This document shows positions 24,001 through 37,400 of a DNA stretch of 64,000 nt, piece by piece; within the stretch, counting starts at the first letter, position 1; the number at the start of each line of letters is the position of its first letter. The translations under genes were made by a program, and so were the position numbers. The notes under the pieces were generated by a model. It saw only the letters and a program-made list of their open reading frames with translations. It was not told where the DNA came from and did not search any database. Source of the stretch: Phoronis australis (taxonomy: Eukaryota > Animalia > Phoronida); assembly GCA_002633005.1 (NCBI GenBank), contig NMRA01000045.1, positions 437,627 to 501,626 of the forward strand. The letters run 5' to 3'.

Positions 24001-26031
24001 TATTGATGCCAACATATTTGGAAAACTTATCGACATCCTTTCTAGAGCCGAGTTCAAAACTAGAAAAGAAGCTGCGTGGGCAATCACCAACGCCACCTCT
24101 GGTGGTACTCCAGATCAGATCAGGTAAGTGGTAAGCGGTCATAGTGACTTGTTGGTAGTCGGATGCGCCTTGTAACTCAACCTGAAGCTAGATGGTTAAC
24201 CACACTTCAGCAATGTATGAAGTGTTTTGGAATTGTCATTTTAATGTAGTTTGATCAGGTTGTTGGTATGAATTATTGCTGAACATTGATGCGTTAACGA
24301 CGACATGATCAAACATCTATCTCTGTAAGATTCATTTATTGATATGCTCTTTGCACCATTGGTAAATTAAGGCCTTATGCAGCGGCATTTCAAACTGAAG
24401 AAAACAGTCTAGCAGAGGAGTATGTCATCGCAGAAACAAATCTGGTCCTTAGAACCACTTAAGGAAATTTTATATTTTTAACTGTGTTCCCATTGAAACA
24501 TTTAGAAAATGTGTTCTACCTGATATTGAACTGATGTCGCTCCCCAAAATTAAGCTGAAACGCCGTTTTCTTCAGTGAGACTGTTTTATTTTAAGATTTA
24601 ATTTGACATCCAGACATAAATGGCATGCTGTCCGATCAGTCTGGTCAACAAAAATGTGCCAGATGTAGGTTTAAAGTCATAAAGCTGGAGTTTTTTGTAC
24701 TGGGATTGAAAAGTACATCCACCAACGCTAATATCAAACACAGGCTAAGCTACAGACAAATCAGCTACAAAAATACAATACGAAACGAGGAGTAATGTAT
24801 GAAAGTTTTTAAACTAAAAATACAATAATTACTGCTATCATATATGTACATATTTCTTTTCATGTGGATGGCATACTTTGTACAATCTGATTTGGATACC
24901 ATGATGTCGTGGGGTGTGAATTTTCTTGATTGTCTGTTTACAGGAAGCGTTCCTGGGCTCAGGGTCAAATCTTTTTTCTTGGAATCGAAGTTGAATATTT
25001 TTACATTTCCATTATACCTTTGTGTGAACTCAAGATAATTTTCCATGAGGTTTTGACATACAGCAGTCTAATCCCAGCTTGCACTTGATTACCCCTGCAT
25101 TAACACGGTCAGAAAAACAGACACTTATCTTATTTAAGTGCATTAAATCTAAAAAAATAATGATTAATTTTACTTCGAGTACAAATATAAGACCCAGTGA
25201 CCTATCGAGTTCGTCTGAAGTGGTTTGTCCATCATGTATCTGACTTCTCAAATCCTATTGTTCAACCTTGATCCAACTTCTGTTAACTCGCAGTGGAAGT
25301 TTGTGTTATCTCCTCAGATCCAGCTAACATTTGTGTTCTGCGTATTGTACAGGTATCTGGTCAATCAGGGTTTCATCAAGCCCTTGTGCGACCTACTGAC
25401 GGTAATGGACAGTAAGATAGTGCTGGTGGCGCTCAACGGCTTGGACAATATCCTCAGGCTCGGCGAGACCGATGCCAAGAACAACGGCGGCCCCAACCCC
25501 TACGCCATTGCCATTGAGGAGTGCTATGGTGAGTCGGCAGTTGCTCCTAAGCACGGAGACCACCTCTAAGCTGAGGGAAGTACAAATTATTAACTAAAGA
25601 TTCATTTTGTATTAATAAATTTAAAGTGTTATGGTTTGACATAAAATTCTCTGGAGGAGGGTGGACTTTCGCATTAAAATCTTTCACAAAATGTGAACGT
25701 AAACTAAAACACATAAAACACATCAAACACATTGTTTTGGTTTTTCTTGCTCAGAGAAAAAGCGAAGATGCTACGGTGGTTTTTTCATTGCCGTCTTCCA
25801 AAGATTGTCCATCATAAACGTGGTTTTCGTGTTTCAGGCCTGGACAAGATTGAGTACATGCAAACTCATGAGAACCCAGAGATCTACTCTAAATGCTACG
25901 ACATCATTGAAACATACTTTGGCACAGAGGAAGATGACAAGGGTATCGTACCAAACGCTTCAGCAGACGGACAGCACTACGAGTTCAACGCCAGTGGCGA
26001 TCATGTGACGAATCAAAATTTTAACTTCTGA
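15001..26031 (+). CDS. KPNA6: Importin subunit alpha, alpha1 clade (KPNA1/KPNA5/KPNA6-like), 532 aa
   Basis: Exons 15001-15123, 15815-15910, 16550-16649, 17709-17800, 18540-18671, 19596-19684, 21493-21592, 22130-22293, 23255-23459, 23996-24123, 25353-25528, 25838-26031. All introns are GT-AG with consistent phases; total 1599 nt. IBB domain ([35 protein letters not shown]), ARM repeats ([79 protein letters not shown]) and C-terminal GLDKIE..FNF. The symbol denotes the clade, not strict 1:1 orthology. Confidence 0.97.
15936..16260 (+). mobile_element. tRNA-derived SINE in an importin alpha intron
   Basis: A box-like TGGCCTTGTGG (15946-15956), B box-like AGATTCGAGTCC (15989-16000), body shared with 1644-1765, and a 3' end in TGTTATTATT. 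Confidence 0.7.
18072..18104. repeat. Compound microsatellite (TG)n(TGCG)n
   Basis: Directly visible. Confidence 0.9.
20015..20841. mobile_element. Non-autonomous DNA transposon (hAT-like termini) in an importin alpha intron
   Basis: 12-bp TIR CAGGGCTGCCAA ... TTGGCAGCCCTG. Flanks CAATTA / CAATTG are similar but not a clean 8-bp TSD. Confidence 0.6.
23531..23788. repeat. Minisatellite, 8 copies of 32 bp
   Basis: Unit AGAA(A/G)ACACATAGTGGTTGTATACTTTACCAA at 23531, 23563 ... 23755. The first four copies carry A and the last four G. No spacers. Confidence 0.97.
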
Positions 26032-29000
26032 GTCGGCGCCATTGATGTGCTAGATGGATTGGGTACAGGTCTGCCTCTTAGATCTATGGAATGAATATTG
26101 TAGAATTTGTGTAAATTGGAACATGCCGCATTTCCAACAGACTTGGCGTGCAATGGAATTGTCGCGTCCAATCAATGATCTGGAAACTTTAATTTATTCT
26201 GAATGGTAATTTTATTATTATTATTATTAGAGTCCTGTTGTTAAGGTTGGTAAGAGAATTACAAAAGTCTGCACAATTGTTTCTGTAGGGGTTAGTGCAC
26301 AAGTTGTTGTAAAAGGGAACTACTCCAGTTTGGAATCAATCACATGAAAGTTTTGTAAAAGTGCATGATTGGTTCGTTTTGCATTCATTTCTCTATGGAA
26401 TTCTGTCTATATGTTCTGTCAGGTATATGTTCAAGTTAGAATTGCTTTTCTTGCATTCTATTTATAATTAGCTGCCAATTTTTACTGATTATCTGGAGAA
26501 ACCAAACTCGAGTGTGTTTCAGCTTTAAACTGCCAGCCATTGTTAAGACATGACGACCCGATATGTTTACCTTGGTTACGGTTGACACCGTCAGCCAGAT
26601 AGATTCACAGTCTTTGACTATAGCCACGTCTCAAATTCAACTCTGTTCTTTTGCTGAGATGGAAAAGTTGTATGATTGGCCTAGTTTTCGTACTGTAACA
26701 CACTTCTGAGCCGAGTCAAAAAAAGTAAAGAACGATAAATCATGCCACACTCTGCTTCTCAATTTGCTTTGCAACTTGATGTGCAGTGGTAAAATTGTAT
26801 CGGTATTAAAACTATGAATGGTGCACTATACTAATTTTGATGGTTGCAGTCCTTCTGTTGTGCAACTTTGTGGATGAAACCGTCGATGAATCAGATCGCG
26901 AGTTGCGGCATTTTCAGACATGGCCCTTCGTGCAGTTTATTTCCTACTGGTGAGCAAATACCCAAAACCCCTCTTGGCTTTCAGTTGCAGTATATTATTA
27001 ATATTAGGTTACAAAAGACCTGTCTTTAGTTCTGTCACGTGTCTTATTACTAGGATGATGTATATTAAAGTTCCCAACTGACAATGAGCTTTTGACAGAG
27101 ACAGGATTTTTTGAAAATGTGAAAATTGCGCAATTGTTGGTGTGAGTGAAGTCATTTTTTCTTTGCTACCATTGATATTTTCCCATTTTGTTTCCAGTTG
27201 ATCTTCATTATTTCAAAGAAAACTGACTTTAAAGCTAAGATAACTGTCCCTATTTGTTTTCATTTTACTCGGGGGGCCCAGTTTTCATTTTCATTATTGG
27301 AAAATGACAGAAGTCAAGAGGAGCTCATAATAATGATGAAATAATGGAAAAGGTAACATTTATGAGTAAAAACGACACACATAAGCAAAAGTTTGAGTGC
27401 CTATTTAGGACTGGCTATTGGAAATGGGCACAGGAGTCTTGGTATATGGTTCACCAAGGCTACTGTGTAGTTTGTAAACGTGGCTTTATCAGTTGAGCTA
27501 AAAAGTGTATTTATTTGTCTTAAATCTGGGGAATAGTCACTTACAAGGTCCCTGGATTTTAAGGACTTGTTGGGTGACTGTTATTCAGTGAAGAAAACTG
27601 GATGTCATAATGCGGGACCTGTATAAGTTACTGTTACCCAATTCTTTCACTCTTTATGTAGTAACGGAAGGTGGGTGGAAAATCAAAGCAGTTAGGATTT
27701 GGGAATGTTAGCGCATGCCGGGGAAGTGCTGAAATGTGCGGCAGTGTTTACGCTTTGAACTGTACTTAGACTGGAAATATTTTGCTCGTATTTGGTATTA
27801 CATTTTTTTGTAAACCATTGGCTTTTGCGTAAGTTAATTAACGGATTAAATTTCTGTATCCTAATGTATATTTGTAGAATTGAGTATTGTTTAATGTGCT
27901 GGTGAGACCTAAGTGATAAGGGAAGTACATTGAATGAGTGATTTGCAGAGGTTCGTGGTTCTCTGTACTTTGTATAGAATTGGAGAGTAGTATAGGTGTT
28001 GACAGAACGTGTCGCCAAGTCATATTAATTTCTTGTTCCTAACATTTTCTTTTTAAGTGGTATTGTCAACAACGCACACTTGTATAGTCTACCCATTTTG
28101 TCTGGTGCAAACGTTCTTGCTAGTTGTCTCAGTTCACATGTAGACAAAACCTAATTGGATCAAAGCTGAGGAAGCTCCGTAAAGTCACTATTTCCATTGT
28201 ATTGGTCAAGATTTCCCACCACTAGCACTACGCTAATGGCTAGCGTTGTGAAATGAACCTTGTTTCATCTTTGAGTATCCACGGAATTAGCATGACTTGG
28301 CATATGAAATTCTGTTTCGAGGGTAGCTAATGATGTGACCAGATCGTGTGATGGTCGGTACAGGGGAGATTGGACTTATGTTTAGGACATGCTTTGGTGA
28401 CGCCGTGTCATGTCTGGTTGTTTGATTGTTGAGAGGTTCAAGTCACCCATACACACATACCACTACACAACACACATACAGTGACATAACACACAGAATA
28501 CAACAACGAAACACAACTGCCAAACACACACACATAACAAACAAACACAGAAGCGTAGAAATGCGCAATTTCACCTACATAACAATTTACATGATTTATA
28601 ATCAAGAATTTGCTTGCGAAAAAAACTCATTGATTTTCAGGTCTTGTTTATGCGAGCATCAGACACTGAATTTAGGAATTTTATTGAACTATTAAATTTT
28701 CAAGACATGACCTGTGGTAAAACTTCCATGTTATAAGAATATGTTAGAAATGTTGAACTGTTATTTCAAAGATGCAATATGCATTCAAATGGTGCTTGTT
28801 TCATGTGAAACATGGTGACTAGGTTCACACGCTGCAATATGATGCAGCTTTTGTTATAGTCTTTAATATTGTAAAATATTTGTTAATCATTCCAAAATAT
28901 TACAATGTCAGAGTACCCAATGTTCTCACCTCACAAAACACGTGGCCGTTCTTACTAAGTCTTTTTTGCTGGAACCGGTTCGGTTCGTCCAATTGTTTTT

Positions 29001-29279
29001 TCGCTATCTGTATTGTAGTACATGTCATAAGTATTCACACAAAATGTTTCGGAATTCCCCGGTCATGATGGCTGGCTGAAACTGAAATTTCAGTCTTCCC
29101 TCATGAAAATGAAGAGAAATTAACAACAAAGGTAGTAAGATGACTAAGCTGTTCTGTGATTAAAATTTGCCGCCCTAGTGGGAATTTCCTTTCCGTTTTT
29201 GTTATTGGCAGAATTAATTATCGTGATTGCTTGTGCCTTGTACTGTATGTCGTATCCTTCAATTCTCTTATGGTATCAA

Positions 29280-29395
29280 CATTTCTTTCTCACAAACCTG
29301 TTTTTTCTTACAAATGTCATTCTTCTCTTATCCACTACTGTGGAAGAAAAGTAATGAATTTGTAAGAAAAGAAGTGGTGTGGGAGAAAAGAAATG
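29280..29395. repeat. Imperfect inverted repeat between the importin alpha and LRRC23 3' ends
   Basis: TTTTCTTACAAAT..CATT..TCCAC / GTGGA..AATG..ATTTGTAAGAAAA with outer TTTCTTTCTC / GAGAAAAGAAA. Confidence 0.6.
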
Positions 29396-29680
29396 TAGTT
29401 TTTGAGAAGAGAATGGTGTGCAAAAAGAGAACGCTTTTGCAGTTTGTGAGGGAGCAAGACTGGGTACTCTGAAAGTACAGGAAATGTGTTGAAAGCAATT
29501 CTTGACACACTCACAGACACATAAAACTGCAACATTGTACACATGTAATATAGACAAACATTGTAAATATTTTTACATCATTTTTCCAAAGAACATCTCA
29601 AAAACCTCTCAGTTAAGTTTATGGCTTATAATAAACTTTTTTGTTAGTAAATGTCATGTGTCTTTATTTTCTCTTCTCTT

Positions 29681-29880
29681 TTAAAGGTACCTAGAATAAC
29701 TAGATGCGAAAAAATGTTTAATCACAGCTTCTAAAACTTATTGTAATTTTCCTGACATTGCGGAGACGCCCGATTCCTAATCTGTAGAAGGAGCGAAGTG
29801 CTTACATAACATCGGAAAAATTATTTTACAATAAGTTCTAGAAGTTGTGATTTACAATTTTTTCACATCTAATTAAAACT
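29681..29880. mobile_element. Fold-back MITE-like element
   Basis: TAGATGCGAAAAAATGTTTAATCACAGCTTCTAAAACTTATTGTAA is inverted at TTACAATAAGTTCTAGAAGTTGTGATTTACAATTTTTTCACATCTA. It begins at TTAAAGG, a Kolobok-like start. Confidence 0.55.
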
Positions 29881-29890
29881 TAGTATCATG

Positions 29891-31090
29891 TAGTTTCTAA
29901 AAATCACCCAAGGCCATCAAATGGAATTTCAACTTCAATATGCACCCGGTTTGCTTTCCTGTGCCTGACAAACCACTGTTTTCAGTCGATAACTCGTGTG
30001 ATGCATTGCAATAAAATTTGCTTTGGTAGTCTGGGAAAATATCTACCCCCAATTTATTGAAAAAGTAAGAAGTGAGTAAGACTTTGGACTTGCAAAAATT
30101 AAAGTGAGAATTTAGGATAAACAAACATTCAAAGGCTGTACTTTTAGAAATTTCAGTAGGAGCAGATTTTCTGAATTCAAAATAAAATGGCCCTAGAGAT
30201 GAACAATTGATATGAAGTTTAGAAATAGTTTGACGATTATCGATGTTTTTTCTTATAAATGTTGAGAAATCACTGAACAGTTTGTCTCAAATTCAACCAG
30301 ATGGGATGCTGGACTGAGGCTGTGGGCTGATAAGCTTAAGGTTAGGTCTATATTCCATACATCTAGTAGAGTGCATGAAGTACCACAGTGTAAGCCGTAA
30401 CAGTAAGACTAAAGTTGACTTAGTCTTAGATTTTATTTCAGTAGTCATCGGTGGTCACTGGTGAAATTCTGTGACTTAGAATCATTGGCTTTGAACTGTA
30501 ATTGTTGAGCATCAAAAGATCACCAAAAAGTCCTTTATATACATGTATTAACTTTATTACATAACAAATAGACTTACCAATTTACAAAACTAACCATTAA
30601 TTTAAAACTCAATTCATGAAAGTATATACAAATCTCCAGTTTTTAAAGCAATGATTTTGACGAAGTGCCGAAAATTGCAATTATACATAAACAGACATTA
30701 ATGTGACAGTTCATGCAGCTGGCTACATTCAGGTTACCGCTCCGCAGTCATCTGGACAAATATCCACCACCAATTTAAACGCACAAAAATGCCCATGTTC
30801 AGGTACATGCCCACCCCAAGACAATTCAGCAAGCTTGAATAATCACTGCTGGAAAGATTTAGTAAGCAAATTTATTCGAGCTCGGACATTACTTCTAGTA
30901 GTTTCTAAAAAGTACCCTAGTTTTTCAAGGTCATCAAATGGAATTTGAATTCTAAAATGTAACCGGTTTGCTTTCCTGTGCATGACACACCACTGTTTTC
31001 AGTCAATGACTCGTGTGAAAGATTACAATGCAACTTGCATTCAAATAGTTTGCGTAAATATCTACCACCCAATTTATCGGAAAAAAAAAT
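29891..31090. repeat. Two diverged ~180-bp direct repeats (29891-30065 and 30899-31090)
   Basis: Shared TAGTTTCTAAAAA..CATCAAATGGAATTT..CCGGTTTGCTTTCCTGTGC.TGACA.ACCACTGTTTTCAGTC..ACTCGTGTGA..AAATATCTACC.CCCAATTTAT. Also visible as similar spurious ORFs 29897..30124 and 30917..31099. Confidence 0.85.
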
Positions 31091-31409
31091 GTTCTTCAAT
31101 CTCCACGCTCAACACCTACACCTGATTTGTAGATTTTAATTCTCAGCTTAGTTTGGAAATTAACCCAGATGAGTACGGAGGTAGAACAGTGTAAATCAAA
31201 AATACACAAAAAGGTCTTAAACAGCTGAACTGGGTCAAAACATAATGCAACTGTCATATCTTATCACAAGCAATGGGGTTGTAAAAGTTAGCTAGTATAC
31301 AAAGCCCCGTGGATACACAAGTACCCTACCAAACTGTCGGTGGTATTACGAAATTTTATTTAGGAAAGGTGAAGCTCCCGTAGTTGCCGTCGTTTGTTGT
31401 GTTCAGTGG

Positions 31410-34400
31410 TTACACTTCTGGGGCTTCCTCATCATCATCTTCAACAACTTGTTCATTGCCCTGAAATTACAATAACGGGGACCGAAGTCAGAAATGAAAG
31501 TAACTGGGCAACTCGCTAAGTTTAATTTAATGTCAATGGGTTAGTAAACAGTGAAATTGTATAGTGGCTCCATGAAAATCAAATAACGGCAAATTCTTAT
31601 CCCCTAATTAAAAATCAACATGACTGCTGCCAATAATTCAACGCGCTATGTCCGATGAGCAGTTGTCCAACACTATCGAACCTCGGCTAAGAGTACAGGA
31701 CACAAAGTACGTTAAAAAGGGCAAGTGAGAATCACAGAGAAATTAAATCTTGGAATAGTGCACTGCAGAAATTTTTCATTCATGATGCAACTAGGCTTGC
31801 ATTAGGCAGATTGTTACAAGCAGTTGTGAAAGTCGAGAAGTTTTAAAACTTAAGAGCAACCATGTAGCTGTTTCTTGAAATGTTAATTTTACCAAGTGAA
31901 AATTTGCTGAGCAATGTTATGAAAGACTTTAAGCTGGCAAGTCAACACTGGTCATTGTACAGTGGTGGCTTATGTGTCTTACCATACACATAAGGGAAAC
32001 GTTTACTTTCAGGTACCCAAATTTTGAAAACCAGTTTAATACCTGTTGTTCAGTGGAGAAATTTGGTTCTCAAATTGCAGGACCTCAGTGACTATTGCCC
32101 ACATAAGATCGTGACAAAGTCTAATGGCTCGGTCTGTTACATGCAGTTTTCATACACTAGCATAGCTATACGATTTATGAAATAGCAAAATCTGATTTCG
32201 TTTCACATACACAACTATGAACAATACAAAAACTTGCAAACACATCATGGAAAACCAAACTGTCATTCGGGATAGGGAAGCATGCAAGAGACTGACTGAC
32301 GGAGGAGCCCTGCGATTGTACAGGGTGAAGGCCAGGAGAGGGGTTACTGCGAGAGACCCGTATACCATCAATACATCATCATGCAATAGGCAATTTTAAA
32401 ACAAGATGCATGCAGAGTGGGGGGCGGTTTCCAACTTGTATAGTGCTGCTGCAGTCGCTTACAAGAACATCAAACGAGGACCATTAACTTAAAGCTCAGT
32501 TATCAGTCCATTAGCCCTGAAATCACTGGGTAAGGAACAAGTTGCTGTCAGTTTTTTACTGGCAGCCGAGTGGTCTCAATTCAGGCAAAAAGACTTTACC
32601 ACTCTAAATTCAACACGACTTTCACATTTCACCCACGAGATATGATGCAATAACCTCGCTTAACTCGTCTTTGGAACCAGGATACAAGTGAAGGCTTACT
32701 CAAGTGACAACTTTCTTAAATATGAGCACATAATCAGGACTGTAGGAAAGGCGAAGACATAATGCAGACTGGTAAGACTACGCGATGACAAGTTAAGCAA
32801 GGTAGTAATGTACAGATCTCTTTTCATATTAAGACATTACAAGTCACTGTGAAAACAAGTCACCGTAGAAACAATCACTCAGTCCATTAATTAGCCCAGC
32901 ACTATACTGGTTGGAAATTAATTAATTTGTAGGCAAGTCAGGTCTCCCGAAAAGATGGCGTAGGAGATACAAAGCTTTGACAGATATACCTGTGGATTTA
33001 AGATGAGTCCTGAAATGTATAAATGGCGGTGCAAACTGAGATGGAGAGGCCAAGCTGCAGGGCCAGCAATACAACGTGTTAAACAATAGGTATAACCATT
33101 CACTGGGCTGGGTTGCATAAAACTTCAAAATTATCCGCTGGATAAGTTTGATTGTTGCATGACGTCAGGTGCATCGTTCAACAATGACATCGCGACGCGT
33201 AATAATGCAACGTCATTCTTGCTATATGGCGTATAAGTTTTATGCAACTGGGCCCAGGAAACTATTAAAATGCATAAAATTTCATCACTCTAAGCAGGTC
33301 CAGGAATACAGTTTAAGAAGTGACCATTGGCAATAACAGCAAATAACACACCGACTGTTCAACACTCCATCTATCATTCAAAACATTTGTCACTGACTAC
33401 AGTATAACTTAATCTTGCCAATTACAAAAATTGACAAAACTTCCCGTTTTCATTCCATTGTTTGTGCCCATGTTTTTTTAATTGCCAGACGGAACAGCTA
33501 AGCTAGAACTTGAAAACATTAATTTTGTCCTACTTATCATTCATTTTAAAAAAATGGGAGGATCTGGATCGCCTTATTTAGTTTCAGATATATTTTCTAC
33601 GTTAAAAAAATGGAAAAACAAAATTTTAATTGTCATGTGTTTTGTATTGTGAATTTAACTGGTTAGATAACAATGGCAGATTCTCCCCTCTATCGGCGGA
33701 GGGCACTTTTTAGAAAACAACTGTCCAGTCATAACTCCCTTCTATAGACCGTCTCGAGTATAGCAGCACACTAACTGAAGATGGTCGAAATTCCTGATCA
33801 CATCAAAATTCCGTTGAGTGTCAGTGTCTCACCAATTCACTAAAAGTAGTTTCTCTAAGAGTTGAGATGCAACTATCATGATTTTTAACTGACCCACACA
33901 GTATGTGGATAATAGCCTATTCAAATCTGTGATCATAGCATTTTAGTTGTACAGTGCCTGAAGTCCCTATGGTTGCATGACAAACATTTTGCATCATGCA
34001 ATGCCAAATCAACGGTAGGATAATTCGGGAATTTGGATAAATAATTACAGCGTCCCACATACGATAAATAATTAAAGCACGTAAATCTAACAAAACATGT
34101 AGCAATCAACAAAACGATACAAACACGTTCACTGAAGGAACACTCGTACAATTTACCTCATCTGGTTCTTCTGTGACAGACGGTTCATTTTGCTAAAGAA
34201 ACACAGCCATTGGGGTTTATTACATTGACTTAAAGCAGACCTACTTAATCTAACTCAGTGTTTATCCAAAACAAAATTCTGAATGAATATTTTATTTTTT
34301 CATTTCCTCACTCAATGAAAGCTATTACTTCAATCACAAAAATCAAGGAAGAAGAAAAAGAAGAATCGATCACCGACAGTAAACTTGACCTAACCCAAAA

Positions 34401-37400
34401 ACTAATTGAAACTTGACTACATAAGGCGCTGGTTCAAAAGACACTTCAACTATAGGCATACCTCATCTTTCATAAAAAACTCATATCTTACAACGCAATA
34501 GCTCATTCACAAGTTAATTGCACTGGATTTTCCTTAAGTTTCAACACGGCAAGAACGGATGAGGTTGGATGAACATGCCGGGAGATTGCAAAAAAGGGGG
34601 GCACAACCAAAATCTCCAAAATAAAAATTTAGCATTACCAACAAATGAACTATGCATTGTCACCATCATGGTGGTCATCCCCTGATGTGAAACAGGTGAA
34701 TGGCCCCATGGGTCCCCCTAAGTTAAAATCTCAGGGAAGGTTGATGAATAGAATGCTATCAAACGACGTGGAGTCCACACTCGTGAATGAGTTATTTTGT
34801 CAATACTTCTCTGTTATACAAAAACCATAGCTCACTAGTTACATGTTGATCAGTGAGTGAAACTTATGAATGATGCAATTATCAAATGATCTTTGACCCA
34901 CAGGACACCCACCTCATTGGCTTGTTCCTCTATCCTGCGTGTTTCTGCGACCTCCTCTGCCTCCTGCCGTTCATCTTCGTTAAACTCGTCTTTATCTAAG
35001 CGCTCAAGTTTTCTAAGAGCAATCAGAACTTCAAGTCGATACTCGTCTTCTTCAGCGCACGGGTTCTCTACAGGATCAGAAAATAATTAGTTCAAGTGTA
35101 CCAACAGGTAACTCCACCTAGTGTTCCATCATGGAACCAACAAATAATGAGCTGCCAATTTTCCCATGCCCAAAACCATATGCAGTAAAAAGAGGAATAA
35201 GTCTAAACATTTTTTTTTTCAAAATTGGTCAGAAAAATTTACAGAGGGTGGGTACATAGCATCTTTAAGCATAATTTTTAAGAAAATTACTCTGTTTTGG
35301 CAAAAATGATCACATTTCACATTTCACAGCACTTCTACTGTAACCATTTATCGGATATTGATCCATTCTTGTTGTTTTATTTACCTATTTTTATCGGATA
35401 TTATGCAATTTATTTGATCAAGGATAAAGAATAAAGAACATTTACCTCCAACAACTAAAGCTCTTAACATTGGAAGAGCCTGCAGTTTCTTCAATTCTTT
35501 TACATCGGTGACATTGTTGCCTCTGAAAACATTCAAAATATAAACAGTGAGCAAGAGCTAAATCAGACATAGACTTTTCTAGTAGTATGATTCCCATTGA
35601 TACGTGTAAGCAGTGTAGGAGGACCAATGCAAACGTGATTTTATGCTGCATTTTGCCGTTCAGATGACTAAAACGAAAATTGAATTAGTTCTTCACTCTC
35701 ATGAAATCGGTGTCATTATATAACTCATCACATCATAGCATTCTGTTTCCTACTCCAGTCACAGGCCAACAGATAAAGCGTGTAACGGTACTTCTGTACA
35801 AACCAGACACATGCCTCATATTGACATATTGCAGTAGCTTCATATTCTCTGAGAAGCCATCTAGATTTTCAAGTTGATTGTCTCTAAGATGAAGCGTTGT
35901 CAAGCTGACGAGTCGATCGAGGCCTTCTAATTTTGTAATGGTGTTCTGAGCCTGCAAGACAGTTACAGTGCAAAAAAATTAATAAAAACATACTTAAGCT
36001 ATGACAGCATTCTACACACACACACACTGCTATTAAATTTATGAAAAGATTTGTACTTCTTATTATCCTTGGTTCCTTATATGCCAGACACCAGAAAGCA
36101 ATAAACTACTAGTTAGATTTGTACATACTGCTGTGTGCAAATCTTGACACTTTAAAGTGCAGTGCTTTTGAGTTTTCCGAAGCCAAGCTTGGTCTCCAAA
36201 TGTATTAAAATTAATTTGATTTTAAAATCCTTCTTTACCAACAGCCAGTTAAACAAATAATAGACATTAAACAAGTTTTCAAAAATGTCAGTGTTTGACT
36301 TTTAAATAATCAATTAATTTAAATGCCTTAAAACATTTCCATGGAGATACGATGATACTTCAATTATTGTAGAAATTACTAATGCAATACAGATACACAA
36401 AACAAATCTTACAAGGAAAAGATTTTTGAGGTTAGGCAGGTAAAACCCATCAGTGGAAGTCAGCTTGTTTCCTCTCAGCTCCAGCGTGTGCAGACGACTC
36501 AGTTTGTTGGGGTCCAGCCCAGACACCATGGAGATGTTATTAACTGAAACGAAAAGAATGAAAAGAAATAATTCAATGTTGTGGTTGGCTGATGTACGAC
36601 GAGTACACCATGAACACTTTGAAATTTTTATATTTAACATTAACAGTAATGTTGAAAAAGTAAAAGCTAAACAGAAATACCTAAGATGCAAATATCTTTT
36701 TTTTCATGAAATTTTTGCTTACATGACTTTCCTTTTCAAAAACTGCTTTTACAGGTAAATTTACGTCAGTCTTGCCACTGTTTGGTGCTTTATAAATCTA
36801 CTTTAGCACAATTGCCATTCTTGGTAATTAAAAAGTTTTCATTTCATCCAATGAAGTGCGTTCAGTTTTCAGCTTTTTATATTCTCTTTATACATTATTA
36901 AGTATGATTTCCTATTGTTTTCATTATTTTCACTGTGTTACTGCTCATTGTCATATTTTTACTCAAATAATTTATTGATATGTATATTTAAGCCTAGACA
37001 TGATTTGTTTTCTTGACTAATTCTTGAACTAGTGGTATTATTGCATTGTCTTGTACTAGTGCTGCAATAAAATAGCTGAACAGCTGTTTATTTGACAAAG
37101 TTCACACATTTTAAATGACATTGATCACGCTGTTGCTTTCCCAAAAACGTACAAATTCAAACTGGTCTAGATTCTACATTTTCAGATAACTGGCATGCAA
37201 AACAAAGTATGAGATCCATCCCACAATTGTGGAGAACTACATTCAAAAGATAACTTACTGATTTTGTAATACGTCTTCTGACAGACACAAAATCAAAATA
37301 AAGCAGTGACTCGCCATTTGAAAAATGTAAGTTCCAACATAATGACAAAGTGAGCATTCAATTGAATCCAACAATACAAATTTGAGCAGCAAAAATAGTA

